From NCBI GenBank assembly GCA_019636335.1, contig JAHBXR010000001.1, positions 298,712 to 362,711 on the forward strand: a stretch of 64,000 bases of DNA, given 5' to 3'. Position 1 is the first letter of the stretch. Every line of letters begins with the position of its first letter. The notes below the pieces were generated by a model. The model saw nothing but the letters and a program-made list of their open reading frames with translations, did not search any database and had not been told where the DNA came from. This stretch comes from Pirellulales bacterium. Lineage in GTDB: Bacteria > Planctomycetota > Planctomycetia > Pirellulales > JAEUIK01. Both the position numbers and the translations under genes were made by a program. Below, piece after piece: positions 38,881-48,670 of the stretch.

Positions 38881-40230
38881 ATGAAGCTCGATCCGCGCCA
38901 GGAAAAACTGATCCGCCGCACGGCACTCGACTATCGCTCGACCGCCGAATTTCTCGAACGGCCGCTGGTGATCGACCGCGCCGCGGGGCTGTGGTATTGG
39001 GATGTCGAGGGAAAGCCATACTTCGACGCCATCGGCGGCATCTTCGTAGCGTCGCTGGGACACGGCCATCCGCGCGTGATGGAGGCGATGCGGCGACAGA
39101 TGGAACGCACGACGTTCATCCCGCCGCTGCACGCGATCTCCGACGTCACGCTCGACCTGATCGAAAAGGTTGGCGCCGTCGCGCCGCCTGGGATGCGATT
39201 CGTCAAACCGGTCAGTGGCGGCTCCGAGGCGGTCGAAACGGCGCTCAAGTTCGCGCGGCAATACTTCCAGCAGACGGGCCGCCCCGGCAAGCACAAGTTC
39301 ATCAGCTTCTATCGCGGCTATCACGGCGCCACGTTCGGCGCGATGGGGGCCAGCGGCACCGGGCGCCGAAAGACAAAATTCGAGCCGCAGATGCCCGGCT
39401 TCTTGAAGGTCACGCCGCCGATCGACTTGCGCGAGCGCTGCGATACCTGGGAAGAGGCCTGTCGCCGCGCCGCGCAGAGTTTTGAAGATGCCATCATCGG
39501 CGAGGACCCCGATACGGTGGCGGGCATCATTGTCGAGCCGATCTCGAACACGGCGGGTATTCAGACGCCCACGCCGGAGTTCTTTCAGATGCTGCGCGCC
39601 ATTTGCGACCGGCATCAGGTGCTGCTCGTCTACGACGAGGTGATTACCGGGTTTGCGAAAACGGGAAAGATGTTCGCCGCGCAGACGTTTGGCGTGACGC
39701 CCGACATCATCTGCACGGGCAAGGGCATGTCGAGCGGCGCGGCGCCGCTGGGGGCGATGATCGCGCGCGAGGAGATGGCCGCGGCCTTCTTTGGTCCGGC
39801 CGAGACGGAGTGCCATTTCGCCCACGGCCACACGTTCGCCGGCAATCCGCTGGCGGCCGCCGTGGGTTGCGCGGTGATCGATGAGATCGTCGAACGGGAT
39901 CTCTGCACGCGCGCCGCGAAGCTGGGCGAGTCGCTCCGCGAGCGGCTCGAAGGCTTGCGCCGCTACGGCATCGTGCGCGAGATTCGCGGTCGCGGCATGC
40001 TGCTGGGAGTCGAATTCGCGGAAGATCCGGCGGCGAAGCGTCCCTTTCCGGCCGAGCGAAAGCTGGGCATCGCGCTGAAGCGCACCGCGCAGGAGAACGG
40101 CCTCATCATGCGAATCGATCCCGACTGGTTCGCCGTCTGCCCCGCACTGATTGCCGAAGAGTCGGACCTGGACGAACTTTACGCGCGCATTGAAAAAAGC
40201 ATCACCGCGGCCTTGCAGCAGAACCGCTAA
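38881..40230 (+). CDS. class-III (omega) aminotransferase
   Basis: AT-III blocks (…DAIGGIFVASLGHGHP…, …YDEVITGFAKTGKMFA…). Confidence 0.9.
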   Translation: MKLDPRQEKLIRRTALDYRSTAEFLERPLVIDRAAGLWYWDVEGKPYFDAIGGIFVASLGHGHPRVMEAMRRQMERTTFIPPLHAISDVTLDLIEKVGAVAPPGMRFVKPVSGGSEAVETALKFARQYFQQTGRPGKHKFISFYRGYHGATFGAMGASGTGRRKTKFEPQMPGFLKVTPPIDLRERCDTWEEACRRAAQSFEDAIIGEDPDTVAGIIVEPISNTAGIQTPTPEFFQMLRAICDRHQVLLVYDEVITGFAKTGKMFAAQTFGVTPDIICTGKGMSSGAAPLGAMIAREEMAAAFFGPAETECHFAHGHTFAGNPLAAAVGCAVIDEIVERDLCTRAAKLGESLRERLEGLRRYGIVREIRGRGMLLGVEFAEDPAAKRPFPAERKLGIALKRTAQENGLIMRIDPDWFAVCPALIAEESDLDELYARIEKSITAALQQNR

Positions 40231-40271
40231 GCCACGGCAGGCTGGACTCGCCTGCAACCTGCGAGAGACTC

Positions 40272-40364
40272 AATAAAAAAACCTTCGCGCACTTGGCGCC
40301 TTCGCGGTAATCCAAAAAAGTACTTACCGCGAAGGCGCCAAGTGCGCGAAGGAATTCTTTTTTT
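40272..40364. terminator. bidirectional rho-independent terminator, perfect 29-bp inverted repeat
   Basis: aaaaaaa-ccttcgcgcacttggcgccttcgcggtaa-[13 nt loop]-ttaccgcgaaggcgccaagtgcgcgaagg-aattcttttttt between convergent aminotransferase (+) and IDH-family (-) genes. Confidence 0.8.
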
Positions 40365-40373
40365 GCTCTGCGG

Positions 40374-41456
40374 TCAATTCGTGGAGGGGGTCGGCTGCGA
40401 CAAGCGGTTGGCGAGTTCTTCGGCCACGGCCTCGGCGAACTCGGTGGTCGAGAGATCTCCGCCGAGGTCGCGCGTGCGGCCCCCCTCGCGCAGCAGGTGC
40501 AGCGTGCTCGCCTTGAGCGCCGCGCCCAGGTCGCGCTGACCGATCTCGAACAACAGCATCGACACGGCCAGGATCATGGCGGTCGGATTGCAGATATTCT
40601 TGCCGGCGATGTCGGGCGCCGTGCCGCCGGCCGGATCGAACATGGCGATATGGACATCGCCATGCTTGGTGAAGCTCAGATTGGCGCTGGCGCCGATTCC
40701 CAGCGAGCCCGCCAGGCCGCAGGCCATGTCGCTCAGAAAATCGCCATACTCGTTGAGCACCAGCACGACCGAGTAGCGATCGGGGTGCATGATGATGTTG
40801 GCCAGCAGCGCGTCGAAGAGCTCTTCGCGATGCGGCACGAAGGTGAAGCCTTTGGCGACCTCCTCGACGACCGAGGCGAACAGACCGTCGGTGGCGGCCT
40901 GGATGGTGCGCTTCGAGGCGCTCGTCACCGTGCGACCGGAACGCTGCGCCAGCAGGAAGGCGTAGCGGGCAGCCTCCCAGCAAGGCTGACGTTCGACGAT
41001 GCGCAGGCTGACGGCGGCCTCGGTGCCGATCGCACGGCCGGGATCGTCGTAGGTGCCACCCCGCGCCACACGGATGATGTTCAGCGCCAGTTCCTGGCGA
41101 AAATTCGTCGGCACGCCAGGAATCGAGGCCACCGGCCGATGAATGACCGAGAAATTGCAGCGCTGACGGATGAACGAGTTGGGGCTGTATTTCGACGTGA
41201 TGGTCGGGTACTTGATCGTGAAGCGATTGCGGTGCATCGCGTCGACGGCGGCCTCGAGCAGGGGCGTACCGTGCTTTTCGCGGTTGGGCAGGCTCAGGTC
41301 GACCGTCTCGAAATCGAGCTGGATCGGCATGCGCGAGGCGATGATACGGACGGCCTGGGCCAACTCCGGCGCGATGCCGTCTCCCATCAATTCCGTGATG
41401 GTGTACTTCAAGGGTGACTCCTCGCTGGGGATACCCGCCTGCCAAGTGCGGCGCAC
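40374..41456 (-). CDS. isocitrate/isopropylmalate dehydrogenase-family enzyme
   Basis: …TITELMGDGIAPE… N-terminal motif and NEYGDFLSDMACGLAGSLG metal/substrate motif. Exact start uncertain. Confidence 0.8.
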   Translation of the reverse strand: MRRTWQAGIPSEESPLKYTITELMGDGIAPELAQAVRIIASRMPIQLDFETVDLSLPNREKHGTPLLEAAVDAMHRNRFTIKYPTITSKYSPNSFIRQRCNFSVIHRPVASIPGVPTNFRQELALNIIRVARGGTYDDPGRAIGTEAAVSLRIVERQPCWEAARYAFLLAQRSGRTVTSASKRTIQAATDGLFASVVEEVAKGFTFVPHREELFDALLANIIMHPDRYSVVLVLNEYGDFLSDMACGLAGSLGIGASANLSFTKHGDVHIAMFDPAGGTAPDIAGKNICNPTAMILAVSMLLFEIGQRDLGAALKASTLHLLREGGRTRDLGGDLSTTEFAEAVAEELANRLSQPTPSTN

Positions 41457-41738
41457 GACGCGCTACAACAGAATGTAGCATTCTCCGCGCGTGTTCCCTA
41501 GGGCGCCGCGGTTTGACGCTCCTTAGCTGCCTATCTACGATAAAGCCAAGGAGTTACTCCGTGCGGTGCGGACTGGGAAGGTCGCCGTGGCTTCGAGCGG
41601 CGAAGGCCCCACTTGCAGCCGGTCGCCGCGTGGACCGTGTAGTGTGGAGCTCGGTCCAGCCGTATGCGCTGTCCGGAACCAGTGTATCCACCGCGCGGCT
41701 CCTGCATTTTCGTGAAACGACACCGCAGAGAATTCGTC

Positions 41739-42731
41739 ATGCGTCGATTGCCTCGCGTCGGTTATCTGGTGCTGGTCCTGGGACTCTGGCAGGGCGTCGA
41801 GTGGACGATGCCGCGCGCGGCGCTGGCACAGGGGGCCAGGCCGAAGAAGAGTGCCAGCGAGATCGAGATCCCCGCTCCCGAAAACGTCGCGCTCGTGACA
41901 GACGATCGGCTGACGCTGCAGGCGACGTATTATCCCGGCGTCGACGCGGCGAGCCGGGGCAAGGACATCGTGCCGGTGATCCTGTTGCACGGTTTCAAGG
42001 GCAATCGCAACGAGTGGGCCGATCTGGCCACGATGCTGCAGACCCAGAGGTCGGCCGACGACAAGCCGATCGGCCACGCGGTGATCGTGCCCGACCTGCG
42101 CGGGCATGGCGAGAGCATCTACATCGAGGGGCGACCGCGCCCGCTCGAGGTCGATCGCCTGCGCCCTGAAGATTTCAAGAACATGGTCCGTTTTGATCTC
42201 GAGGCGGTGAAAAAGTTCTTGATGGCGAAGAATAATGCGGGCGAGCTGAACATCGAGAAGCTGTGCGTGGTGGGGGCCGACATGGGGGCGGTCGTCGGGG
42301 CGAATTGGGCCGCCGCCGATTGGAGCTGGCCGGTGCTTGCCGGTCAGAAGCAGGGACGCGACGTGAAGGCGCTGGCCATGATCTCGCCGCCGCGCGATTT
42401 CAAGGGGCTGAATACCTATCAGGCGATCGAGCATCCGGCACTGCAGCGAGAAATCTCGATCCTGGTCGCGGTGGGACAAGGCAACCAGCGCTCACTAACT
42501 GACGCACGGAGCATCTACGCACGCCTCGAAAAGACGCATCCCGCGCCCCCGCCCGCCGAGGCCGCCACGCTCAAGACGCTCTTCTTCGATCCCCACGACA
42601 CCAGCCTGCAGGGGACGAAGATGCTCGGCGAGAATCTGAACCTGGAGGTCAATCTCCAGCAATTCATCACGTTGCGGCTGGTGAATCAGCCGTTTCCGTG
42701 GCGCGATCGTAGTTCGGTGCTGACAAAGTGA
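41739..42731 (+). CDS. secreted alpha/beta-hydrolase-fold protein
   Basis: Signal peptide MRRLPRVGYLVLVLGLW…ALA. PVILLHGFKG and GADMGA (GxxxG-type nucleophile elbow). Confidence 0.6.
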   Translation: MRRLPRVGYLVLVLGLWQGVEWTMPRAALAQGARPKKSASEIEIPAPENVALVTDDRLTLQATYYPGVDAASRGKDIVPVILLHGFKGNRNEWADLATMLQTQRSADDKPIGHAVIVPDLRGHGESIYIEGRPRPLEVDRLRPEDFKNMVRFDLEAVKKFLMAKNNAGELNIEKLCVVGADMGAVVGANWAAADWSWPVLAGQKQGRDVKALAMISPPRDFKGLNTYQAIEHPALQREISILVAVGQGNQRSLTDARSIYARLEKTHPAPPPAEAATLKTLFFDPHDTSLQGTKMLGENLNLEVNLQQFITLRLVNQPFPWRDRSSVLTK

Positions 42732-42987
42732 CTTCCAGATGTGGTCGAATCGGCAACTTATACCGAACTTACAGATGTTACAAGATTTTTATAATCTCAA
42801 TTACCCGTCGTTGGTACTCTCTCCCGTCGGTGGCTCGTAGGGGTTTGCACCATACCCCGCGCCCCGCATTCTACCTCCGATTTTCCTTGCACTTTCCGGC
42901 CCAGCGCGGTTAGATCGACTGCAACTTCGACTGCTATCTAGCCCTTCGGCGGTCTGCTCGCCTGAACAATGGAGTGGGAGGGAGCTA

Positions 42988-43890
42988 ATGTTGCCCAACT
43001 GGTCGTGCGTTCTCTTGTCGTTTGTGGTCGCGACCACCTGCACGACAATCATTGCCGGTCCGCTTATCGGCGTTACGTTCGACGAAGGAAACCTGTGGGA
43101 CGTCGATCCGCAAACAGGCGAATACTCGAACGTACGGCAGTCGGGTGTGACCGGCATCATTGGCCTGGCGAACGCGCCAGACGGCGATCTCTTTGCCGTG
43201 ACGACATTCGCCAGCAACTATCCGAACAGTCTTGTCAAGATCGACCCCGCCAGCGCGATCGCCACGGTTGTGGGCAGCGAAGACTCTTACAACTATTTCG
43301 AAGGCGACATTGCGCTTGATCCAACCACCGGTCAAATACTGATGCTGATGGCGTTGAATACGTCGTTTAGCGGTCGATACTTTTTGTCGATCGACACGGC
43401 CACTGGCCAGGCGACGGAACTCGCATCCGTGGAGGGGATACTCTCCGATCCCTCGGCAATGACCTTCGACGCCGAGGGAACGCTTTATGTGGTGGACCAC
43501 CTGGGAGGTCAGCAGCGTCTATTGACCTTGGATCCGACGACCGGCGTTATTCGTACCAACAAACCGCTTTCGCACGATTTTGGAGCCCAGTCCGGGCTTG
43601 CAATCGATCTATTGACAGGGGTGATGTACCTCGCAACAGGACATAGCGGTAGCTTTGGAGGTCAGGATATCTACACCGTCAACCCAGTGACGGGGTTCAT
43701 GACGCACCTACACGGATTGCCTGGAAAAGGTTTTTCGGGGCTAGTCGCTGGTCCTCATGTCGTGCCCGAGACGTCCTCCATCGCGATGGCCACTTGGGGA
43801 GCGATAGTGATCTCGATCTACGGGATCGTGAGGATTAATCCTTCACGCAGATCCTGCGGGCGCTGTAGGCGATCGCGATTCGCATTGTAG
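42988..43890 (+). CDS. secreted repeat (beta-propeller-like) protein with PEP-CTERM-type sorting tail
   Basis: Signal peptide MLPNWSCVLLSFVVATTCTT. Repeated xDPxTG motifs. C-terminus VPETSS-IAMATWGAIVISIYGIV-RINPSRR is a PEP-like motif, TM helix, basic tail. Strong SD GGAGGGAG. Lower GC than surroundings. Confidence 0.65.
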   Translation: MLPNWSCVLLSFVVATTCTTIIAGPLIGVTFDEGNLWDVDPQTGEYSNVRQSGVTGIIGLANAPDGDLFAVTTFASNYPNSLVKIDPASAIATVVGSEDSYNYFEGDIALDPTTGQILMLMALNTSFSGRYFLSIDTATGQATELASVEGILSDPSAMTFDAEGTLYVVDHLGGQQRLLTLDPTTGVIRTNKPLSHDFGAQSGLAIDLLTGVMYLATGHSGSFGGQDIYTVNPVTGFMTHLHGLPGKGFSGLVAGPHVVPETSSIAMATWGAIVISIYGIVRINPSRRSCGRCRRSRFAL

Positions 43891-44849
43891 ATGTCGAGGT
43901 AACGGCGGGCGTCTCCATAGACGCGCCGCGCGATATCGACCAGCGTGTCGCCGGCCTGCACGCGATAGGTTTGCGGGCGCGTAAAGCTTGCCGAATCGAT
44001 CGACACGCTGGTCGTCGCCGGGCTGGGATCGGGCGCGCCGAGCGAAGCGGCCGGGGGAGGCGCCTGGCCGGGGCGCGTGATTTCGGTCATCGGCGCTGCG
44101 ACAGGAGCCGCCGCCGGCAGTGCGAGGGGCGAAGAGACCGGAGCCGCGACGACGGGCGCGGCATCGCCGTTCGAAACCGGCACGAGCCCGCCGCGCTTCG
44201 CCACGTTGGCAAAATGTTCGTCCGCGCTCGGCGGGGGGGCATTCTCGGCTGGAATGCGCAGCATGGCGCCGAGCACGAGGAGGTCGGGATCGCGCAGCAC
44301 GTCGCGATTCGCCTCGTAGATCTCCAGATAGCGGCTGCCGTCACCCAGATAACGCTCGGCCAGGTAGATGAGCGTGTCACCGTCGACCACCTTGTGTGTG
44401 CGGCGCGATTCGTCTTCGCGATGCGAGCCATACACCGTGTTGTCGGGATTGCGCGGCACCAGCCCTGCGCCACCGGGGAGCGGCGCCGACCCAAGATCGG
44501 TGATACGCCACGAGGCGGCCATTCCGGGATCGGCACTGTCGGGATCATGGTCGGTGGAACTCTCCGTCGACGGCGCGGCGCTCGCGTCGGACGAAGGTTC
44601 GATCGTGCCCGTGAGACGAGGGCGGCTGTCGCGAGGCTCGGCTTCGATGGTGCTCGTGACCAGGGACGCCGCGACCAGATCGCTGGCACGCTCGATGACC
44701 GGCGCCGCCAGATCGTTGGCGTCGCTGGGGGGGGGCGTGACCTCGCTGCGGAATAACAACGCCGCCAGAATGCCCACGAACACGATCACGGCCGCGGCGG
44801 CGACTCGCGCGTTGGAGGACAAGCGGTACGCCGGACGGGGAGTGTCCAT
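43818..44849 (-). CDS. membrane-anchored protein with two LysM domains
   Basis: N-terminal TM anchor VAAAAVIVFVGILAALLF. Two LysM repeats (HKVVDGDTLIYLAERYLGDGSRYLEIYEANRD…LRIP and YRVQAGDTLVDIARRVYGDARRYLDIYNANRD…LTIP). The 662-aa track ORF over-extends in a non-coding frame. Confidence 0.8.
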   Translation of the reverse strand: MDTPRPAYRLSSNARVAAAAVIVFVGILAALLFRSEVTPPPSDANDLAAPVIERASDLVAASLVTSTIEAEPRDSRPRLTGTIEPSSDASAAPSTESSTDHDPDSADPGMAASWRITDLGSAPLPGGAGLVPRNPDNTVYGSHREDESRRTHKVVDGDTLIYLAERYLGDGSRYLEIYEANRDVLRDPDLLVLGAMLRIPAENAPPPSADEHFANVAKRGGLVPVSNGDAAPVVAAPVSSPLALPAAAPVAAPMTEITRPGQAPPPAASLGAPDPSPATTSVSIDSASFTRPQTYRVQAGDTLVDIARRVYGDARRYLDIYNANRDRLQRPQDLREGLILTIP

Positions 44850-45019
44850 GGCGTTCCCCATTCTGGTTCGAGGAAGGGTGGCGCCTCGTCGGCGCTGGGT
44901 CTGGTGACAATCGCTCCTTATCTTCTTCGACCCGCGTCGGCTCAGCCGACGAGCGCGCTCGCGGAAAAAGTAAGAGAAAGGGTCGAACAGGTGGTGCGCC
45001 TGTGGCGCACGAAGCGATA

Positions 45020-45069
45020 GGGCAAAATGAAACGACCCCCGCGAGGAGGCCAGAACGCCGCCTCGCGAG
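45020..45069 (-). terminator. hairpin + T-run terminator downstream of secDF
   Basis: cgcgagg-N14-cctcgcg stem with gtttcattttg on the minus strand. A second small hairpin gtgcgcc-tgt-ggcgcac lies at ~44994-45010. Confidence 0.45.
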
Positions 45070-45103
45070 GATCGTTTGCTGGATGGAATTCGACGCCGTG
45101 CGA

Positions 45104-48100
45104 TCAGACGGCCGCTCGAGCTTTCTTCGTGGCGAGAGCGGGCTTGGCATCGGCCTGACGGCCCAGCAGCCAGTACAGCACCGGAGCGGCGACGTAGATC
45201 GAACTGAACGTACCAGTGAGAATGCCGATCAGTAGCGTAAACGCGAAGCCGTGGATGCCTTCGCCGCCGCCGATGTAGAGAATCAAGATCACCATCAACG
45301 TCGTGCTGCCGGTGAGCAACGTACGACTCAGGGTTTGATTCACGCTCTGATTGAGCATGTCGATCGTAATGACGGGACTCTTGCCCCGCACTTCGCGAAT
45401 ACGATCGAAAATCACGATCGTATCGTTGAGCGAATAACCCACCAGGGTGAGAAACGCCGCCACGATCGAGAGATCGATCTTGAACGGGTCGATCAACAGG
45501 AAGCCGAGCGAGTTGGCCACGTACTTGCTGATGGCCAGGATGCCCAGTGTGATGAGCACGTCGTGTACCGTGGCGACAATGGCCGCGGCGCCGAAGCTCA
45601 CCTTCTGGAAACGCACCCAGATATAAACCAAAGTCGCCAGGAGACTGGCCACCATGGCGTACAGGGCCTGCACGCGAGTATTGCCCGCCACGGCGCCGCC
45701 GATCTGCTCGGCCGAGGGAAACACGGGCGTGGAGTTGAGACGCTGCTGGATCTCGTTGAGCAACACGCGCGCCTTGTCTTGCGGCTGATCGAAACGGACC
45801 TGCCAAAGCTTCGAGCGCGCCGAATTGGGATCGAGATTCTCGACGGCGAAACGGGTACCGGAATGTTCGGCGCCGCGGCTATCGATCTCGCGATGCAGCA
45901 TATCCTCGACCGTTTCGCGGTCGAGAGGTTGCTGGAACTCGAGCCGTGCTTGGGTTCCGCCCACGAAACTCGCGACCGCAGGTGCCTCGGTCGCGGCGGC
46001 CGGGACCGTGGTCGTGGCGGGCGCCGGTTCGGTGGTTGGCGCCGTCGCGGCAGGGTTCTCTTCAACTGGCGGAGTCGATTCTGCCGGCGACTGTTCCGTA
46101 GCAGGAGTCGCCGGTGCTGTTTCGGCGGGAGCTTCCGCATCGCTTTCCTGGAAGGCGAAGGCGAGCAGTTCGCCGTCGAGGGAGGCCCGTGCGGCGCCTT
46201 CGTTCGAAGCGGGAGTGGCCGATTCGTCAGCGGGAGCCGATTCGGACGGCGGTCCGGTCGGTACCTCGCCGGCCGGCGCTTCGATCGTCGTACCGCCCGC
46301 GGGAGCTTCGGCCGGGGGTGTGGATGTCTCGGCCGGGGAGGTCGTACCGGGCGTCAAAGCCGGCGCCGCCGGGCCAAGCATCTCGGACGTGATCGTGGCG
46401 AGTTCGTACTTCAAGCCGTTCTGGGCCAGCTTGTCGCCGAACATTTCTTGCAGTTTGTTCTGGACCTCTTCCTTGATGGGGAGCGACGTGACCACCTGGA
46501 AACGCACGCCCGCCGGTTCGCCCGTGATCTGGACGTCGTTGACCGTAACGTCGGGCATCTCTTCGCTCACCAGCGAGCGAATCTCGGCCACCTTTTGCGG
46601 CTCGTTGAAGAGGACCTCGACCTTGCTGCCACCGGTGAAGTCGATGTTCAAGATGTCGCTACCGCGAAAGAAGACGGCCACCATGCCGATGGCGATCATC
46701 GCCAGCGAGATGCCGACCGCCCCGCGGCGCTTGCCGAGGAAGTCGATGTGGGTCTCGCCGATGATCTGCATCATCTTGAGGTTCGTAATCCAGCGACGAC
46801 GCTCGGCGATATCGAAGACGACGCGGCAACCAAACACCGCCGTGAACATGCTCCAGATGATGCCCAGGATCAGGGTGGCGGCGAAGCCTTTCACCTGCTC
46901 GGTACCGACGGCGTAGAGCACGATGCCGGTGATGATCGTGGTGACGTTCGAGTCGGTGATCGTCACCGTGGCGCGATCGAAGCCATTGCGGATGGCCATG
47001 CGTAAAGCGGAGCCCCGTTCCAACTCCTCGCGCATGCGCTCGTAGATGAGCACGTTGGCGTCGATGGCCATACCGATCGTCAGCACCAGACCGGCCAGGC
47101 CCGGCAAGGTCAGGGCGACGTTGAACACCATCATTGTCGCCACGATCAAGAGCATGGCGAGGAACAAGGCCAGATTGGCGACGAAGCCGGCAAAGCGATA
47201 ATAGATCAGCACCACGATCGGCACGACGATCAGCGAGAGCAGCATCGCCTTGGCGCCGCGGTCGATCGTGTCTTGTCCCAGGGTCGGACCAATGACCTGG
47301 CTGCTGATGGGCTCCTCGGTCAGCGTGGCCGGCAAGCTGCCTGCCTGCAGTACCGCGACGAGATCTTCTTGTTCCTCGGGGGTGAAGCTGCCCGAGATCT
47401 GACCGCGTTCGGCAATCGGGCTGTCGATGGTCGGAGCAGAATAGATCGTGCCGTCGAGGATGATCGCCAGGCGGCGTTTGAAGCCGGAGACGGCGTCGGG
47501 CGAATTTTCGCTCGTCAGGCGATAGAACAGGTCGGCCCCGCGCGCGTCGAAGAGGAAGCCGACGGAGGGGCGTCCCGTCTGGGCATCGTTGTCCGCGATC
47601 GCGCTGCGCAGGTAGCCGCCGTTCACGTTCTGCTTGTCGATGACGACGAGCACTTCTGATTTGCCGTCGGGGCTACGCCGCGTGGCGAGATTCGTATCGC
47701 CCAGGATCGATTGCTGATCCTGGCCCTCGTCCAGCGGCACCCATAGCGCCACCACCGAATCGCCGCGACGTACTTGTCGGGCCGTCGATTCCTCGGCCAG
47801 ACGGATCAGGTCGTCGTGATCGGTCGAGTTGGCCAGGATGCGGAATTCGAGCGTGCCGGCGCGGCTGATTTTCCGCTCGATACGGTCCAACTCTTCCGAG
47901 TCGGCTTCGGGAATGATGATCTCGACGGCCTTCTCGCCAAAGCGGCGCACCGACACTTCCTTGACGCCGCCCGGATTCACACGGCGGGCGACGGCCCCGA
48001 TCAGCTTGTCCATGTCGACGGGCCCGGCCTGTGGGTCCTGCGAGGGGAGCACCTCGTAGACCATGATTACGCCGCCGCTGAGATCGACGCCTAGCTTCGG

Positions 48101-48271
48101 TCGCCCCCCCTTGCTCCAGATGACGACCAGGCTGGCCACCACGCACAGCAGCAGCACGCCGATCTTCCAGCCGTAATCGGGCATCTTGAGATAGCGGGCG
48201 AGGTAGGTGCCAACCACGAAGGGGAGGATGGCGGTCGCGAGGGTGATCAGGATGATGAGATATCCGGACAT
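45104..48271 (-). CDS. secDF: protein translocase SecD-SecF fusion with long low-complexity insertion
   Basis: SecD N-terminal TM and P1 head (…LGVDLSGGVIMVYEV…). SecF half (…FNEPQKVAEIRSLV…). ~170-aa Ala/Pro/Glu/Thr-rich insert between the SecD-like and SecF-like modules. Confidence 0.9.
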   Translation of the reverse strand: MSGYLIILITLATAILPFVVGTYLARYLKMPDYGWKIGVLLLCVVASLVVIWSKGGRPKLGVDLSGGVIMVYEVLPSQDPQAGPVDMDKLIGAVARRVNPGGVKEVSVRRFGEKAVEIIIPEADSEELDRIERKISRAGTLEFRILANSTDHDDLIRLAEESTARQVRRGDSVVALWVPLDEGQDQQSILGDTNLATRRSPDGKSEVLVVIDKQNVNGGYLRSAIADNDAQTGRPSVGFLFDARGADLFYRLTSENSPDAVSGFKRRLAIILDGTIYSAPTIDSPIAERGQISGSFTPEEQEDLVAVLQAGSLPATLTEEPISSQVIGPTLGQDTIDRGAKAMLLSLIVVPIVVLIYYRFAGFVANLALFLAMLLIVATMMVFNVALTLPGLAGLVLTIGMAIDANVLIYERMREELERGSALRMAIRNGFDRATVTITDSNVTTIITGIVLYAVGTEQVKGFAATLILGIIWSMFTAVFGCRVVFDIAERRRWITNLKMMQIIGETHIDFLGKRRGAVGISLAMIAIGMVAVFFRGSDILNIDFTGGSKVEVLFNEPQKVAEIRSLVSEEMPDVTVNDVQITGEPAGVRFQVVTSLPIKEEVQNKLQEMFGDKLAQNGLKYELATITSEMLGPAAPALTPGTTSPAETSTPPAEAPAGGTTIEAPAGEVPTGPPSESAPADESATPASNEGAARASLDGELLAFAFQESDAEAPAETAPATPATEQSPAESTPPVEENPAATAPTTEPAPATTTVPAAATEAPAVASFVGGTQARLEFQQPLDRETVEDMLHREIDSRGAEHSGTRFAVENLDPNSARSKLWQVRFDQPQDKARVLLNEIQQRLNSTPVFPSAEQIGGAVAGNTRVQALYAMVASLLATLVYIWVRFQKVSFGAAAIVATVHDVLITLGILAISKYVANSLGFLLIDPFKIDLSIVAAFLTLVGYSLNDTIVIFDRIREVRGKSPVITIDMLNQSVNQTLSRTLLTGSTTLMVILILYIGGGEGIHGFAFTLLIGILTGTFSSIYVAAPVLYWLLGRQADAKPALATKKARAAV

Positions 48272-48289
48272 GTTCCGTGTTCCCTGCGT

Positions 48290-48670
48290 TTAGTTCGCTT
48301 TCGAGGATTTGTCAGCGTCGGGTTCATCGCCCAGAATGCGCGCGATCGAACTGAGGGTGACCCGCAGCTTCGTGTTCGTGTTTTCGTCGATCTTGAGGGT
48401 GACTTCGTCGGAATCGGCCTGCACGCTGGCAACCACGCCATAGATGCCACCGACGGTGACGACGCGATCGTTCTTCTTCAAAGCGGCGAGCATCTGCGAG
48501 CGGGTCTGCTGCTCGCGCTTCTGCGGTCGCACCATGAGGAAGTAGAAGACGAGCCCGATCATCAGAAAGGGAAGCGCCAGGCTAAGCAAGCTGCCCTGGG
48601 GATTCTGCGGCGCGGCGCCACCACCAGCGGCTTGTGCAACGAGGAGGGCATCGGTCCAAAACAACAGATT
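48290..48670 (-). CDS. yajC: preprotein translocase subunit YajC
   Basis: LPFLMIGLVFYFLMVRPQKREQQ…GDRVVTVGGIYGVV matches YajC. The N-terminal part of the track ORF is probably an over-extension. Confidence 0.8.
   Translation of the reverse strand, partial: NLLFWTDALLVAQAAGGGAAPQNPQGSLLSLALPFLMIGLVFYFLMVRPQKREQQTRSQMLAALKKNDRVVTVGGIYGVVASVQADSDEVTLKIDENTNTKLRVTLSSIARILGDEPDADKSSKAN

Noticed and set aside
44850-45806. N-terminal ~320 aa of the 662-aa minus-strand ORF 43818-45806
   Set aside because: The upstream portion is Arg/Gly-rich junk that crosses an intergenic region and the secDF 3' end. A bona fide start (MDTPRP, TM anchor) at 44849 gives a coherent two-LysM protein.
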